Part shown: in pieces, positions 39,590 through 52,641 of the stretch | Position numbering within the stretch: position 1 is the stretch's first letter | How the letters are laid out: each line of letters opens with the position of its first letter | Assembly (NCBI GenBank): GCA_964016885.1 | Contig: OZ024741.1 | Span: forward strand, 167,648,001-167,712,000 | Reading direction: 5' to 3' | DNA: 64,000 bases | Source of the DNA: Eledone cirrhosa | Lineage: Eukaryota | Translations under genes and position numbers: made by a program | Notes under the pieces: model-generated | Told to the model about the DNA's origin: nothing | The model's database searches: none | What the model saw: the letters and a program-made list of their open reading frames with translations, nothing else

Positions 39590-41542
39590 ATGTTGTAAGA
39601 AGTGACTAAAATGTTTGGTGCCAGGAAGGACATCTAGCTGAGGGAGACCAGGTGGTGGAAAAGTACTGTGGATAGAACCATAAACCAAATAGACAGGTAT
39701 GGAAAGATTGGAAAAATGGAGGCAGCAGAGACCAGTATCATGTAGCTAAAAGAGAGGCGAGATAACAGGTGTACATAGCACCAAAAGAGAGATTGAAAGG
39801 AGGAGTTTGCCAATGTCTTGTGATCAGAGATGTGAGGCATTTCACATTGCAAGGCATTGTGTCAATGTAAAACAGGATATTGTTGCGGAAAAAAGTTTGA
39901 AATGTCACTGATGTATTTAGCATCACTGATGCTCAAAAGGAAGAAGCCTGGAAAAGCTACTACGAGACATTGATGAATGTGGAGAATGAATGGAAGGAAG
40001 CCAGACAACCTCAAGGGACCAGCTATCGAAATTGACAGTTATAGGGTAAAAAAACAAAGCAATGGTCAAGTCGCTGAGATGCTGAAAGCATCTGGTGAAG
40101 TAAGAGTAGAACTAGTTACCCACATAGTCAATCAGATATAAGGGGTCACTCAATGACTAGCACAGCAGTACAATCATAAATTGTTATGAGGGAAGGGAGC
40201 AACTATAGGTAAAACTAATGAACCAAGTTATGAAAGAGACAGTTCTAGCACAACTAATTAGGGAAAGAGTCAAATTAGACAAGATGCAATTCAGTGTTAT
40301 GCCAGGGAGGAACACCACAGCTGCTTTCTCTTTTTAGTAAGACAACTACATAAGTTATTCGATAAGAATAACCCTATAAGTTCTTACATAAGAATAACCC
40401 TCTATATGTAGCTTCTGTTGATGAATAGAAAGCCTTTGTCAGAGTACCTCATTCTGTCCATAAATGGTCCATAAAGGAAATTTGGAGTAGAATAGTGGCT
40501 TGTGAGAGGAATTCAGAGGAGCTGTCAGTGAGAGTAGGAAGTGAGTTTAGTGAGGAATTCAAGGTACAGGTACACCAGAGTTCAGTTCTTAGTCGGCTTC
40601 TGTTTATCATAGTCCTTCAGGCCATATAAGAGGAGTTTAAGACTTGTTATCCATGGGAACATCTGTAAATCAATGATCTCATAGCTGAATCTGTGGAAGA
40701 ACTATATAGAATCAAAAAAGGCTGAGAGTAAACTTAGCAAAATACAAAGTGTTAATAAGTAGGAAAGAAGATAAGGCCCTGATCTCACCAGAGAAGTGTT
40801 CGAAATGTAGAAAAAGAGTAGCCATAAACTCTACATGATGTACACAATGCAAATCTTGGTTACACAAGGTGTCATGGGATAACAGGCACTGACAGGAAAG
40901 GAAGACTTTGTATGTTGTAGATATTCAGGCTCAATTGATAGTAAAAGGGCTAATGATATAAACCTTTTCCAATCCTAGAAAGGATCCACAGAAGTGGTTG
41001 GTAGCTTCTGCTATCTAGGTAATATAATTAGCAGTGGAGGAGGGTGATCTGAGAGCACATTAGCCAGAATAAGCATAAAATGTTAACAAAGGTAGTAGCT
41101 CTCTAAACTTCTTACAACAAAAGTTTTCTCTCAATGAATGAAAGGTTGGCTGTATGACACATGCATGTGAAGTATGACGCTGGATCATAGAGGCATGAGC
41201 AGTGAATATAAAGGGTATATGATGGGAAATGAGGCAGACAAGCTTTGAAGGATGTGCAATAAGGGGTATAAGAGGAATCAGATATAGTGTGCAAGAGAGG
41301 AGACTGCACTGGTATGGAAATCTGATGTGCATAGATGATGATTGCTGGATGAAGATATCCAAGTGGAGGGAAGCCATAGTAGAGGAAGACCAAAGAAGAC
41401 CTGGGTGAAGGTGGTGAGAGCTGATCTCACATTGCTGAAGCTCACAGAGAAGAAGAGGTGTTACAAGTGGAGAGAAGCTGTACTGAAAACAACCTGACCA
41501 ACCCATTCAAGTGTGGAACAGCAGGTGTAAAATGATGATGGT
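39590..41542 (+). mobile_element. Old, heavily mutated RTE LINE (RT through 3' tail)
   Basis: Colinear degraded similarity to the younger RTE copies (gatgcaattcagt..ccagggagg, caccagagttcagttcttag, ggagactgcactggtatgga) ending aaatgatgatg. Confidence 0.85.
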
Positions 41543-41749
41543 GTGTGTGTGTGTATTCCATAACTTCGCTGTTTGACTGAAAATTGATTGAAAAAATAAG
41601 TGACATTGATATAATCAATTAAATCAAGGTGATGCTTAGCATGGCCATATTCTAATGGCCAAAACAAGCAAAAACATTAAAGAATTTCTTTCTTTATCCT
41701 TTATTTGTCCTTTTATTTACTTTAATATTTATTTATCAATTTTATTTAG

Positions 41750-41818
41750 AAAGGAGGTCAGAAAGAAATACTTGATGTCATTGGCCAGAATATGGTGAAC
41801 TATCCAGGAAAGCAACAG
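41750..41818 (+). CDS. Candidate host-gene exon B (phase 0 to 0): KGGQKEILDVIGQNMVNYPGKQQ
   Basis: ~60-nt pyrimidine/T-rich tract ending tttag; CAG|gtaagt donor; 69 nt, open. Confidence 0.7.
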
Positions 41819-43164
41819 GTAAGTTACATTATTATTATCATCATTGTTTGTCTGCTTTCCTGGTTAGCAAGGGTTGGATGGGTTTTCATAGAGGAACTTA
41901 GTACTGATGTGGGGCTACTGACCTCCCAGATATGCTGGGGGGATTGTCATCTTGCTTACATACGGTCTCACATTCTACTGAGTGCATAGCAGATTTTTTG
42001 TCATGTCTTTGACATAACTGAATTGTCCTCTCATCCCTTTGTTTGGCAAAGTTTCTATGGCTAGATGCTCTTCCTATCACTAACCACTTGACAGCATGTA
42101 CTGGATGCATTTATTGTTTATATCACCAACACTAGAGAGGTTGTTGTGCCATGATACAACAGGAGGGTCTGCTCACCCTTTTTTTTTTTTTTTTTTTTTT
42201 GCATGGTTTCTTTGCCTAGGTGCCCTTCTTCTCAACAACCACCTTGTAGGGTGTACTGGGTGCATTTTGTGGCCCCAGTGAAAGAAGTGTTGTTGGTCCT
42301 TCTTCCAATGGAAGATCTCGCTGCTCTGTGGATGGGAGTGATAGGAAGGAGATATGTATTAAGTTATGGCAAGTGTGGTGTGATTTGACAGGCTGATAAG
42401 TGGGGAAGAGGATGCAGAAGTGAGAACACTGAAATGGAGATAGTAGTGGAAGTTGGGGTAGGGATGATTTGGTCATTTAGCACTGGGGTGGGGATAGCAC
42501 TCACCAGTGCCAGGACTGAGATGTGTAGTCATGGAAAGAATATCTAAGGAGTGATAGTAGAGGGGACATAGGTGCAGTGCATAAGTGTGAAGAGAATAGC
42601 TACTAGGGTTTCTAAAGGTTTTAGAGGGAGCAGCATCTAAGGAATCATTACAGGAAAGGGCATGAATGGAATGGGGGCATGTAGCGATAGTGAGGATAGT
42701 TGCTAGGAAGTGCTAGTGAAGGGGGAATTGGTGGAGTGCATAGGGATGATGAGAGTACCTACTAGGGTGTGATAGTGAGTGTATCTAAAGGCTTTTGAGG
42801 GCAGCAGCTAAGGAATGAATGCTGGAGAGGAGTTTGTAGTGATGCTGAGGATATCTGCTAGGGAGTGCTAGTGGAAGTTGGGGGACATGGAGATAAGTCT
42901 GGTCACATGCTTCTGTATTTATTATTTAAATGCTCTGTGCACCTTTACTCATACAACTCTTTGGATTTGTTTACCCAAAGTTTTAATTCCTGATTCCACA
43001 TGGAGTACACCTTAGTTGAATTGGTTTGTTCTCTTTACTAATTGTCAAACCTCATTAAGCTTGAGATTTGATTCACATAACTTTACTAATTTGATCTTTC
43101 AACCTGTGTTTTTTAACACAAACACATACACATGCATGTATGCACATACACACATGAACTCACA

Positions 43165-43600
43165 CTTCATCTTTGCCCACTTATTTCTGAGAGGGTTGCG
43201 GTGGCAGTCCTCAAATACTCCTTCTTCCAGCGGATCCTGTCAGAAGCAACTGCTACTTACTGATCCAGCTGGATCCTCAAGCGAGACCAGCCAATCCCAT
43301 GGATGTTATCCAACCATCTTGCTGGGGGTTTATCCCTGGGTCTCCCGCTGGCTGGTTTTGCCAGTAAAACCTGTCCAGCAATTCTTTCCTGAGACATTCT
43401 AACCACATGCATATAGTATCGGATCTGTGATCTCTCAATTCGGAGAAGTAGCGGCTGTACCTGGAGTGACTCTCTGATCTCCAAGCTATGCACTTTATCG
43501 AGTAACGTTACTCCAAAGATCCTTTGTAGGAACCCTATTTCGACTTCTTGTACTCGCAATTGTATTCTTTTAGTCATTACCCAAGATTCATGACTCACAA
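43165..43600 (-). mobile_element. RTE (Expander-like) LINE 3' end, second family
   Basis: HESWVMT...EIGFLQRI.GVTLLDKV...IRESLQVQPLLLRIERSQIR..HVVRM...GRPR; second copy at 47045-47380. Confidence 0.85.
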
Positions 43601-43670
43601 AATATAATTGTCTGAGATTTTAAAAAGTATTTTGACATTGTCACTACTGCCAACAACACCACCAGCCTTC

Positions 43671-43705
<35 letters not shown>

Positions 43706-43794
43706 TCTTGCCATTCTCTTTCCATAAAGACTTGTTACATACATTCATATATACACACACACTTATCATTTCCTTTCTAGTGTCAGATGTTTTA

Positions 43795-44060
43795 AATAAT
43801 AATAATAATGAAAATATTGTGTACAGAGTTCAGGTGCACTACAACTCATCAAAAAGTGTATGTATGTAAAAGGTTGTACCCAGTAATGCTGAACCCCATC
43901 ACAGAGTAAGGTATGTGCCCAGGTTTCCGTGACTGTGATAAAGTCAGGGTCGATGCTTCTGACGTAGGAGTTAAACAGATGTATCTTGTTGCATAAACTG
44001 CGAGCATTTAAGGACAACAATTTGTACCCTGCTTGCAGTTTATAATGGTGTAGAGGATGG
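43795..44060 (-). mobile_element. CR1/L2-group LINE remnant: AP-endonuclease N-terminus fused to the 3' tail
   Basis: LSLNARSLCNK...PDFITVTETW; 43795-43870 matches the 3' end of 45925-46226. Confidence 0.7.
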
Positions 44061-44329
44061 CAGGTTGTTCTGGTTTAGGTTCCCAGAGTTGTTTTACACA
44101 AAATATACAAGGCCATTATTATAATTCATATTTAGGGAGTATTTGTCATTGTTTACGTTGCTGGTATTGTGGCTATTGTTCTGGAAAGATCTTCACTATT
44201 TTCTCAAGATAGAAATCTAGTCTAAACACTGATTCTTATGTTCTCCATCTGTCACCCTTTTAGGAATAAAAGAAATTAGTATCATTAATATCATTATCAT
44301 AGTTGACATCATAATCACCAACGACAACA

Positions 44330-45060
44330 ATAACATCATCACTCACTACCACCATCACTACCACCATCACTATCACCACCACTACCACCACCACCGACAA
44401 CACCACCGACAACACCATCATTACTTACACCACCAACACCATCATCACTTACATCATCAACACCATCATTATCAACATCAACACCATCATTATCAACATC
44501 ACCACCATCATTATCACCACCAACACCATCATTATCACCACCAACACCATCATTATCACCACCAACACCATCATTATCACCACCAACACCATCATTATCA
44601 CCACCAACACCATCATTATCACCACCAACACCATCATTATCAACATCAACACCATCATTATCAACATCAACACCATCATTATCAACATCAACACCATCAT
44701 TATCACCACCAACACCATCATTATCACCACCAACACCATCATTATCACCACCAACACCATCATTATCACCACCAACACCATCATTATCAACATCAACACC
44801 ATCATTATCAACATCAACACCATCATTATCAACATCAACACTATCATTATCACCACCAACACCATCATTATCACCACCAACACCATCATTATCAACATCA
44901 ACACCATCATTATCACCACCAACGCCATCATTATCAACATCAACACCATTATCAACACCATCGTCACTCACCTCCACCACCACCAACAATAACACCATCA
45001 TCATTAACATCAATGCCATCATCATTGGCACTCACCTCCACTATCACCACTACTACCACT
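44330..45060. repeat. 21-bp minisatellite accatcattatca(ccacc/acatc)aac within CAC/CAT triplet-rich DNA
   Basis: Regular core ~44455-44960 with two alternating variants; source of the DNDGVGG and MMVLVVI ORFs. Confidence 0.92.
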
Positions 45061-45121
45061 GTTATTAACTGGCAATATTTTTATAAGCTTAGAGATTGTG
45101 ATCACTTTACAACTTCTAAAA

Positions 45122-45292
45122 TCACACACCACACACACCACACGCACCACACCACACACACCACACGCACCACACCACACACCACACACACCACATGCAC
45201 CACACGCACCACACACCACACATGCCACACACCACACGCACCACACACCACACATGCCACACACGCCACATGCCACGCACTGCACCACACTA
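45122..45292. repeat. (CACAC/CAC)n low-complexity repeat
   Basis: Direct reading. Confidence 0.85.
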
Positions 45293-45924
45293 CTCTCATA
45301 TTGTTGAAAATCTAAAAGATATTTTATTTCATGAAATATAAGAGATAAAACTATGGAACTTGTTTTGTTTATGTAAGATTGTGGTGTGTTGAGAGGAATG
45401 TGTTGTGTGGCTACAAGCAACAACATTTTTTGTTTGTATGGATTGGATGGGTGATTATGGTCTGAGACTAGACTGACCATGGGAACCATATCTTGATTGT
45501 TATATTCCATATTTGGCATGGTTCCTATGGGTGGGATAACCTTCCTAATGCTAACCACTTTACGGATTGTTCTGGATTTTATCATAGCACTAGCATTATC
45601 ACTTTACAGAGCATATTGGGTGCATTTTATCATGACACCAGCACTACCACTTTACAGAGTGCATTTTATAATGGTACCAGTACTATCACTTTACAGAATG
45701 TATTTGAAAAGATGTTTTGAAATAAAAATGTCTCATTTTAAACTAAATTTATAAATGACCAGGCTTTATGGGTTTAGATTAAGGATTTTATTTTGATGAA
45801 AGTTGGACAAAGACTCTTTGCCATTGTTCTAGACAACTGTAATCAAAGTGTTTCCTTAGTGATGATTCTGTCATCAACACATCCATAATTTAACCCTTCT
45901 GATATATGTCTAACACCCGTGAGC

Positions 45925-46226
45925 ATGCCTACAAAGTCAAACATTTTTTCATGCTCAGAGTTGCTGAAAGCATGGAACAAACTACCTGTATCGGTTGTTA
46001 GCTGTTGGGACACTGCATCCTTCAAAACTTCCATGCTTCCTGAAATTCACCAACACTATGCCTGATATTCCCCCTCCATATATACGCATGCATCTATGTG
46101 TCTATATGTATATCATGACTCGTACACTGTTCACTTTCCTGACATTTGTACAATATTCTATGTACTATACATGTACCTTTGATGAGTTGTAGTGCACCTG
46201 ATCACTACACAATAATTTCATTATTA
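45925..46226 (+). mobile_element. CR1-like LINE 3' end
   Basis: Encodes FF..RVA..WNKLPVSVV....ASFK; 3' UTR ends cattatta. Confidence 0.7.
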
Positions 46227-46810
46227 AAGTGTCTGAGACGGCCCTTGGTTCTAAAATACAAAACGAAAAACCTTTCATCATAACTTTATGCAAAAACCTT
46301 TGTTTTAAATACTTGCTTAATAAGGAGAAAGTTTGTTGTATTACTAAATACCTACAAATACTTCAAAATTAATTGAAAATCATAGGTAGTGTCTTATTAT
46401 AAATATGGTAAATGAAAGGGTTAAAGAATAGCGAAGGTGTATCTGATTCTGGACTATTCATTACCCCCATCTTCCCACTTAAGCAATATCTCCTTAGTAA
46501 GGAAACTAATAATTCAAATAATTTCGATTTAATTATTCTCATCTTTATTTTCATTGCTATTATTATTAATTTTTTTTCATTATTACATTTTTTAAAACTA
46601 CCTATTATGTTTTGTCTACATCCTAAAGTATTGTTAAAATGCCAGGCCTCAGACTTTAAAATTGTAATAAAATTCTATTTTGAATATCTTTTTCTTTTCC
46701 TTCCAATCTTTCCAATCTTTCAAATTTTCAGGCCATTGTTTCTTTTTGCAATGTACGGAGAACTGGAGGGGGAAAGAAAAAAAAGTTTTATTTATTTTTA
46801 TTATTTGCAG

Positions 46811-46870
46811 CCATTTTTGCTCCAACTTGGTGAGACTGAAGTTCTAGTCATGACACGTGACAAAAAACAG
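46811..46870 (+). CDS. Candidate host-gene exon C (phase 0 to 0): PFLLQLGETEVLVMTRDKKQ
   Basis: ttatttttattatttgcag acceptor and CAG|gtgagt donor; 60 nt; only frame 0 is open. Confidence 0.7.
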
Positions 46871-46929
46871 GTGAGTAATCATTTAAGTATTTCTCTGTAG
46901 GCAACATTTAAATTTGAGACCGAGCTGAT

Positions 46930-47042
46930 TCAGGTATGGCTATGTGGTGAAAATGTTTGCTTTAAAACCACATGCTCCTAGGTTCTATTCCAGTGCATGG
47001 CATATAGATTTCTACTATATTCTTAGACCAACCAATGCCTAA
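46930..47042 (+). mobile_element. Degraded octopus-type (OR-like) CORE SINE head
   Basis: caggtatggctatgtggtgaaaatgtttgc..aaccacatg...ttctactata; related old copies at 49570-49735, 55120-55272 (-), 55695-55790 (-) and 56690-56800. Confidence 0.6.
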
Positions 47043-47044
47043 AT

Positions 47045-47380
47045 TTCTTCTTCATCCACTTATTCCTGTGAGGGCTCTGGGAGCAGTTCACAAGCATTCA
47101 GCCTTCCAGTGGGTCCTGTCAGAAACAATTGTCTCCAATTGATCCAGCTTGATCCTCAAGCAAGACCAACCTAACTCATGTATGTTATCCAAGCATCTTG
47201 CTTGGGGTCTACTCCTGGGTCTCTTGCTGGCTGGTTTTGCCTGTAAAATCTGTCCAGTGATTCTTTCCTGAGTCATTTTGATCACATGCCACTAGTATCG
47301 AAGCTATGATCTCACAATTTGAAGTAGTAGTGGCTCTGTCTGAAGCGATTCTCTGATTTCCGAGCTATGTACTCTATCAA
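47045..47380 (-). mobile_element. RTE (Expander-like) LINE 3' end
   Basis: MTQERITGQILQAKPASKRPRSRPQARCLDNI, homologous to 43165-43500. Confidence 0.85.
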
Positions 47381-47549
47381 TGCCTAAACTATTTGTCATA
47401 TTTCAGGAAGAATGGTGAAAAATTAGATAATTATAACCAACATTATGGAAAACATTCCCTAAGAGTGGGCAGTGTGATTAAACAAGAAGCATTTTAAAAC
47501 CATTTTCCTCTACTAAAGTAATGGGTTAGCCTTTCAGGGGAGGGGGGGG

Positions 47550-47925
47550 GGTCCTATTTGCAGCATTGCCCCCTCACCAATGCCCTGGCTTTCGCTTTCT
47601 CCACTACCCATGTCTTTATTGGTCTCCCCTTTTCTCTACTTTCTTCCACATTGATTTCTATTGCTCCTCTCATCCAGTGACTGTTTTCCACTTTCAATAC
47701 TTGACTTAACCATCTCACTCCATTTGACTTCATAACATTATTTATTATCATTTCATTGTTTGTCTTCCTCTCTCTGTGATAAGCAATACTCCACTTATCT
47801 TCTGGACCATTCTCATTTCCTTTTTTTTTACAGCTTTTTCTACTGCTCTACATTTATCACCCATGCCCCACTCTCATAAATCATTGCATTTCTCACATGC
47901 AACATACACCTTTCCCTTCAGTTCA
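47550..47925 (-). mobile_element. Old RTE LINE C-terminal fragment
   Basis: VRWLSQVLK...EINVEESREKGRPIKTW. Confidence 0.6.
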
Positions 47926-48299
47926 GTGTGATTAAATGAATTAAAAATATAATTATGCCTTAATTGGAAATTATACTCAATGGGTTATGATCATTACTGA
48001 GATATCACCATAAACAATTATACATTGATTACTAATTTTTAGTTTTTGATGAAATATAAATTGTACATATTTATTTTTTATGTAATTATATTTTACTAAA
48101 ATTTGAACGTTATTATTTTTGGGGTGGGGGTGAGGAGTAATTAAATTTGTGGTGAATGTTTTTTATTTTAATTCAGTTTTTAAAAGTAACAACACTAAAG
48201 TTACTCAGTGTAACAAAAGTAAAGTTACTAAACTGTGTCTCTCTTGTGTAAGTGTTCACCATTTAAATCATAAGAATGTTTTACAAATTTTGAAGATTC

Positions 48300-48850
48300 C
48301 ATATATCATGGCCATTTGTAGCTTATGAATTAAAGACTGACGTTTTTTTCTCTACAAATCCAAGCTTAGTCATACTTTGTTCCAGGTAGGTTGGTATATA
48401 ACCTGTAGCTCCAATGTTTATGAAGCTGAATGTGGATATTGGATCTGCAAATTCCTCATCAATGGTCTGTAGATATCCTCTTTCTCTTGTGTTTGTCTTA
48501 CCACATCGAGTGGGTGGCTGACTTCTACAACAGAGCATGTTTTAATCTGGTGGCAGTTTTCTATTTTTAGATTCCACCAGTATTCCTTTGGACCATCAGT
48601 CTCAACATATTTCTTCCTATTTGATTATATTTTTGTCTTCTGTTATACATTCCAGATCATTCTAGCTATCACATGTCTCATGGGAAGTTAGTAATGAGAA
48701 GACATTCTTTCACAGTTGGCAATAATGTGGCTAACATCTTCAATCTTTGTTTTGTGCAACCTACATTTATTAACTGATGTCCTTCATCTTTTGTACAGTA
48801 GCTTTTTTAATCTCAAGTACCCATATACAACCTTTTAAATTTTGTTTGCT
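48300..48850 (-). mobile_element. Degraded R4/Dong-like non-LTR element C-terminus (zinc knuckle + RLE)
   Basis: KCRLHKTKIEDVSHIIANC...Y*LPMRHVIARMIW...YWWNLKI...FINIGATGYIP. Confidence 0.6.
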
Positions 48851-49272
48851 CATTGAGTAGAGTTTTCCAATCATCCTGGGAGAGAGATTTGTATCATGTT
48901 TTATTTCGTGTCTCTCTTCTTGATCAATGGATATCCTAACATCATCATCATCATCATCATCATTTAACGTCCATTTTCCACGCTAGCATGGATTTGGAAG
49001 GAGCATGGACAATATTATAATTTTCATGCTCATAAACCTGGGAAAGATATGTATGTATTTGTGTTTGTGTGTGTGTTTATGTTTATCTGTGTTTCTGTTT
49101 TGAAATTTAGCAGTTCAACACAAGAGATGAATAAAATACTTTTCAGTCTTGAAAAATAGAAATGTGGTTGATATGGTCAACTTAAGTGGTGCCCCAGCAT
49201 GGCTACAGTCAAATGACTTAAACCAGTAAAAGGATAAATGAATATTGTTATAAAACTATTACTAAAATATAT

Positions 49273-49462
49273 AGGGCGGTGGATTGGCAGTATCGGTAGA
49301 GGGTCAGACGACATGCTTTGACGCATAGTTACGGCCCTTGCCATTCTGAGTTCAAATCCCGCCGAGGTTAACTTTGCCTTTCATCCTTACGGGGTCGATA
49401 AAATAAAGTACCAGTAATGCACTGGGTAATTGTGGCCTTGTGCCAAAAGTAGAAACAATTAT
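49273..49462 (+). mobile_element. Meta/MESC-like tRNA SINE copy
   Basis: Homologous to 16198-16420. Confidence 0.8.
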
Positions 49463-50121
49463 TACTATTACTAAACTGTTGTTATATAGCATTACCAAAG
49501 TTATTAATCTGTTGTTAACCTGGCTTAAGTTACTATTGTTGTGAACCAATAGTTAAGATAAACTATTAAGAAGCATGGTTATATGGGTAAGAAGTTTGCT
49601 TCATAATCATGTGGTTTGGAGTTTGATACCACTGTGTAATACTTTGGGAAAGTGACTTTTACTATAGCCTTATGTTAAGTAATAACTTGAGTAGAATTTG
49701 TTAGATAGACACTATATAGAAGCTTGTCGTATGTGGTAGTATATCGGCTCAGGTTTGTTGGAGGTATATATGCTGGAGATTATTTCTGGTGGTAGTACTG
49801 ACTGTGGGTGTAATGCCAGTTACATAATGGGTAGTGGTCACTACCGAGTAATATAGAAACAATGTAATATAAAAACTGCAGCCTGATGATGCCCATCGTC
49901 TTTATATAAGTAATTGGTGGTTGTTATGCTGTAAGGTTTAGAGTATGGTTTTGAAGGATGTGATTGCTTTTTACTTTATCTCTTATGTAGTATGTGTCTG
50001 GTAAGTGGATTAAGAATAGGTATATAGATTGCTTTACTCGAGTTCATGGTTAGTGTTGGTTTTGTGTAGATGTATTTGTGTTCAAGTTAAGAAAATTGCC
50101 GGTCATAGTTATATATATATA

Positions 50122-50622
50122 TCATTTCATTTTACGTCCGCTTTTTCCCTGCTTGCACGATTGGAACGGGAACTGATTTTGGCTTGATTTCTACAACTGG
50201 ATGCCCTTCTTAACACCAACCTCATTTACAGTGAGTGCTGGGTGCTTTTTTTGCCGTGGCACCTCCAACACCACTTTACAGTGGAATGATATGGACCCCT
50301 GCCCCTATCATCTCATTTCTACAGCTGAGTAAACTGGAGCAATGTGAAATAAAGTGTCTTGCTCAAAGAAACAACACATCACCCGGTCTGAGAATTGAAC
50401 TCACAACCTTTCGATTGCAAGGCTAATGCTCGCAATCGAAAGGTTGTGAGTTCAATTCTCAGACCGGGTCATGTGTTGTTTCCTTGAGCAATACATATAT
50501 ATATACATAGAGGTTGGTTTTAGGAAGGGCATCCAGCTGTAGAAATCAAGCCAGAATCAGTTCCCGTCCCACCCTTGCAAGCAGGGAAAAGTGGACGTAA
50601 AATGATGATTATGATGATGATG
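50122..50622. mobile_element. Head-to-head RTE-tailed SINE pair (- copy 50122-50430; + pieces 50432-50491 and 50510-50622)
   Basis: 60-bp inverted arms 50360-50419 / 50432-50491; outward-facing tails. Confidence 0.85.
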
Positions 50623-50903
50623 ATCATCATCTTCAACGTTTAACGTCCGTGTTCCACGCTTGCATGGGTTTGGACGGGGGTATTCCCACTTGAGGCAAGA
50701 GTGATTGTCTTGCTCGCATAGGACTGTCTGGCAGGTTTTCTACAGTTGGATGCCCTTCCTAACACCAACCACATTTACAGTGTGGGACTGGGAGGTTTTT
50801 ACCGTGTTGCCTACACGGCCACATTACAGCGTGGACTGTGTGTTTTTTTGTCGTGACACCTACACGATCTCATTTGTTTCGGCCTGGATGTTGTGGCACC
50901 AAT
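50623..50903 (-). mobile_element. RTE LINE 3' UTR fragment
   Basis: Near-identical to 61510-61790. Confidence 0.88.
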
Positions 50904-50916
50904 GATACATACATAA

Positions 50917-50963
<47 letters not shown>

Positions 50964-51000
50964 CATAAATACATATATATTTCTGTATATATATATATAT

Positions 51001-51785
51001 GTGTGGTAGATAGTTTCCGTTACCTGGGTGACCAAATTGCTAGTGGAGGAGGGTTTTCGGAAAGCATAGTAACCAGAGTGAGATCGGGTTGGAGAAAATT
51101 GAGGGAGCTACTACCATTACTAACTACAAAAGGTTTTTCTCTCAAAATGAAAGGCATGTATGATGCATGTATACAAACAATGTTGCATGGCAGTGATACC
51201 TGGGTACTGTGCAGAGGACCTGCGAAAATTGGAAAGAAATGAAGACTCCATGCTTTGCTGGATGTGCAATAGCAATATACGTGAATGGCAACGTATAAAT
51301 ACACTGCGTGAGAAATTATGCTTAAGAGGGATCAGTTGTTGCATGCAGGAGAGGAGATTGCATTGGTATGGATATGTGATGCGTATGAAGGATGACAGCT
51401 GTATAATAAGGTGCAGAGCACTGTCGATGGAAACTGTGGTGTGGGCAGGCCTAGGAAAACTTGGGATGAGGTAATAAAAGCTGACCTTGCACAATTACAC
51501 CTCTCAAAGGCAATGGCTCACAACTGTGACCTCTGGTACTATGCACTTTTACGGAAGACCCACCCCTATTGTTCTCGGGACGAGGCTTATACCGAGTAGG
51601 CAATACCTTCCTCACCTGCTATTCCCTCTTATCTACTTCCCATAGCGGTAACCATACCTCCCCTACTACCCTGTCCACATCTTTTCCCTCCAAACCCCTC
51701 CACCCTCCCTAGTCCCCACTGTGTTGTGTTGGTGACACAACAAAGGTGCCTAGTCCACATTGTAAAGAACGTCCAAATGGTGATT
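51001..51785 (+). mobile_element. RTE LINE 3' coding fragment and UTR
   Basis: VVDSFRYLGDQI..GGG.SESIVTRVRSGWRKLRELLPLL...RRLHWYG. Confidence 0.9.
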
Positions 51786-51827
51786 GTGTGTGTGTGCATA
51801 CACGGATGCACACACACCACACACACA

Positions 51828-52165
51828 CACTTTTCCATGCTTGCATGGGTTGGACAGGTCCTACTCAGCACTTGTCACATTCCTTCTTCATCTCTTCTGC
51901 CAGTTTTAGCGATTTGAGGTCTACTCTCACATCTCCCCAAGTCTTTCTTGGTCGTCTTCTATTGTGGCTTTCTTCCATTGGGATTTCCTGGTATTTCTTC
52001 ACCCATCGGTCATTGTCCATATGCATCACATGTCCATACCAAAGCAGTCTTCTCTCTTGCATGCTACATCAAGTTCCTCTTACGCCAAGTTTTTCCTTCA
52101 GATTGCTTATGCTATGTAGCTCGTGCACACTAACATTACACATCCATAGAGCCTTCTCGACTTAT
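51828..52165 (-). mobile_element. RTE LINE 3' end
   Basis: MQERRLLWYGHVMHMDNDRWVKK...RPRKTW. Confidence 0.85.
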
Positions 52166-52606
52166 TCCTTTATATTTGTGTGTGTGTATATGTATATCAT
52201 CATCATCGTTTAAGGTCCATCTTCCACGCTAGCGTGGGTTGGACGGTTTTGTTCCACTTGAGGCGAGATTGGTCGGGAGACCGTCTCGCTCATACAGAAC
52301 TGTCTCTAACACCAACCACATTTAGTCTGATTAGTTTCACGCTTTATATTGGAAAGGGGAAAAAAAGTCTGACATGTCAGTCTTAAGCCCTTCAGGAGTA
52401 CAAAATAGACAGGATCACAAAGGAGAATCAGACAAAAGGTCCAAGTAAAACAAAAAAATATCGATAATGAAGTGTGAAAATAAGACAACCATTATATATA
52501 TATATATATATATATATAATGACAGGAGGCTGGGCTGGTTGCATTACATCAACGTTGGTGATACGGAATGACCATTTCTATACAGTGGTGAACCGATAAA
52601 CCTAAA

Positions 52607-52634
<28 letters not shown>

Positions 52635-52641
<7 letters not shown>

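Noticed and set aside
42540-42890. Old ~165-bp diverged tandem duplication (similar decayed duplication at 38757-39142)
   Set aside because: Real but highly decayed, with no structure or coding signal to interpret.
44339-45031. DNDGVGG acidic repeat protein with hydrophobic N-terminus
   Set aside because: 21-bp minisatellite in CAT/CAC triplet DNA that is open in several frames; lies antisense in a probable intron with no splice or expression evidence.
48177-48247. AG...GTAAGT-bounded candidate exon (also 55842-55902)
   Set aside because: Repetitive content or weak acceptor, and the peptides do not convincingly continue the PTB-like pattern.
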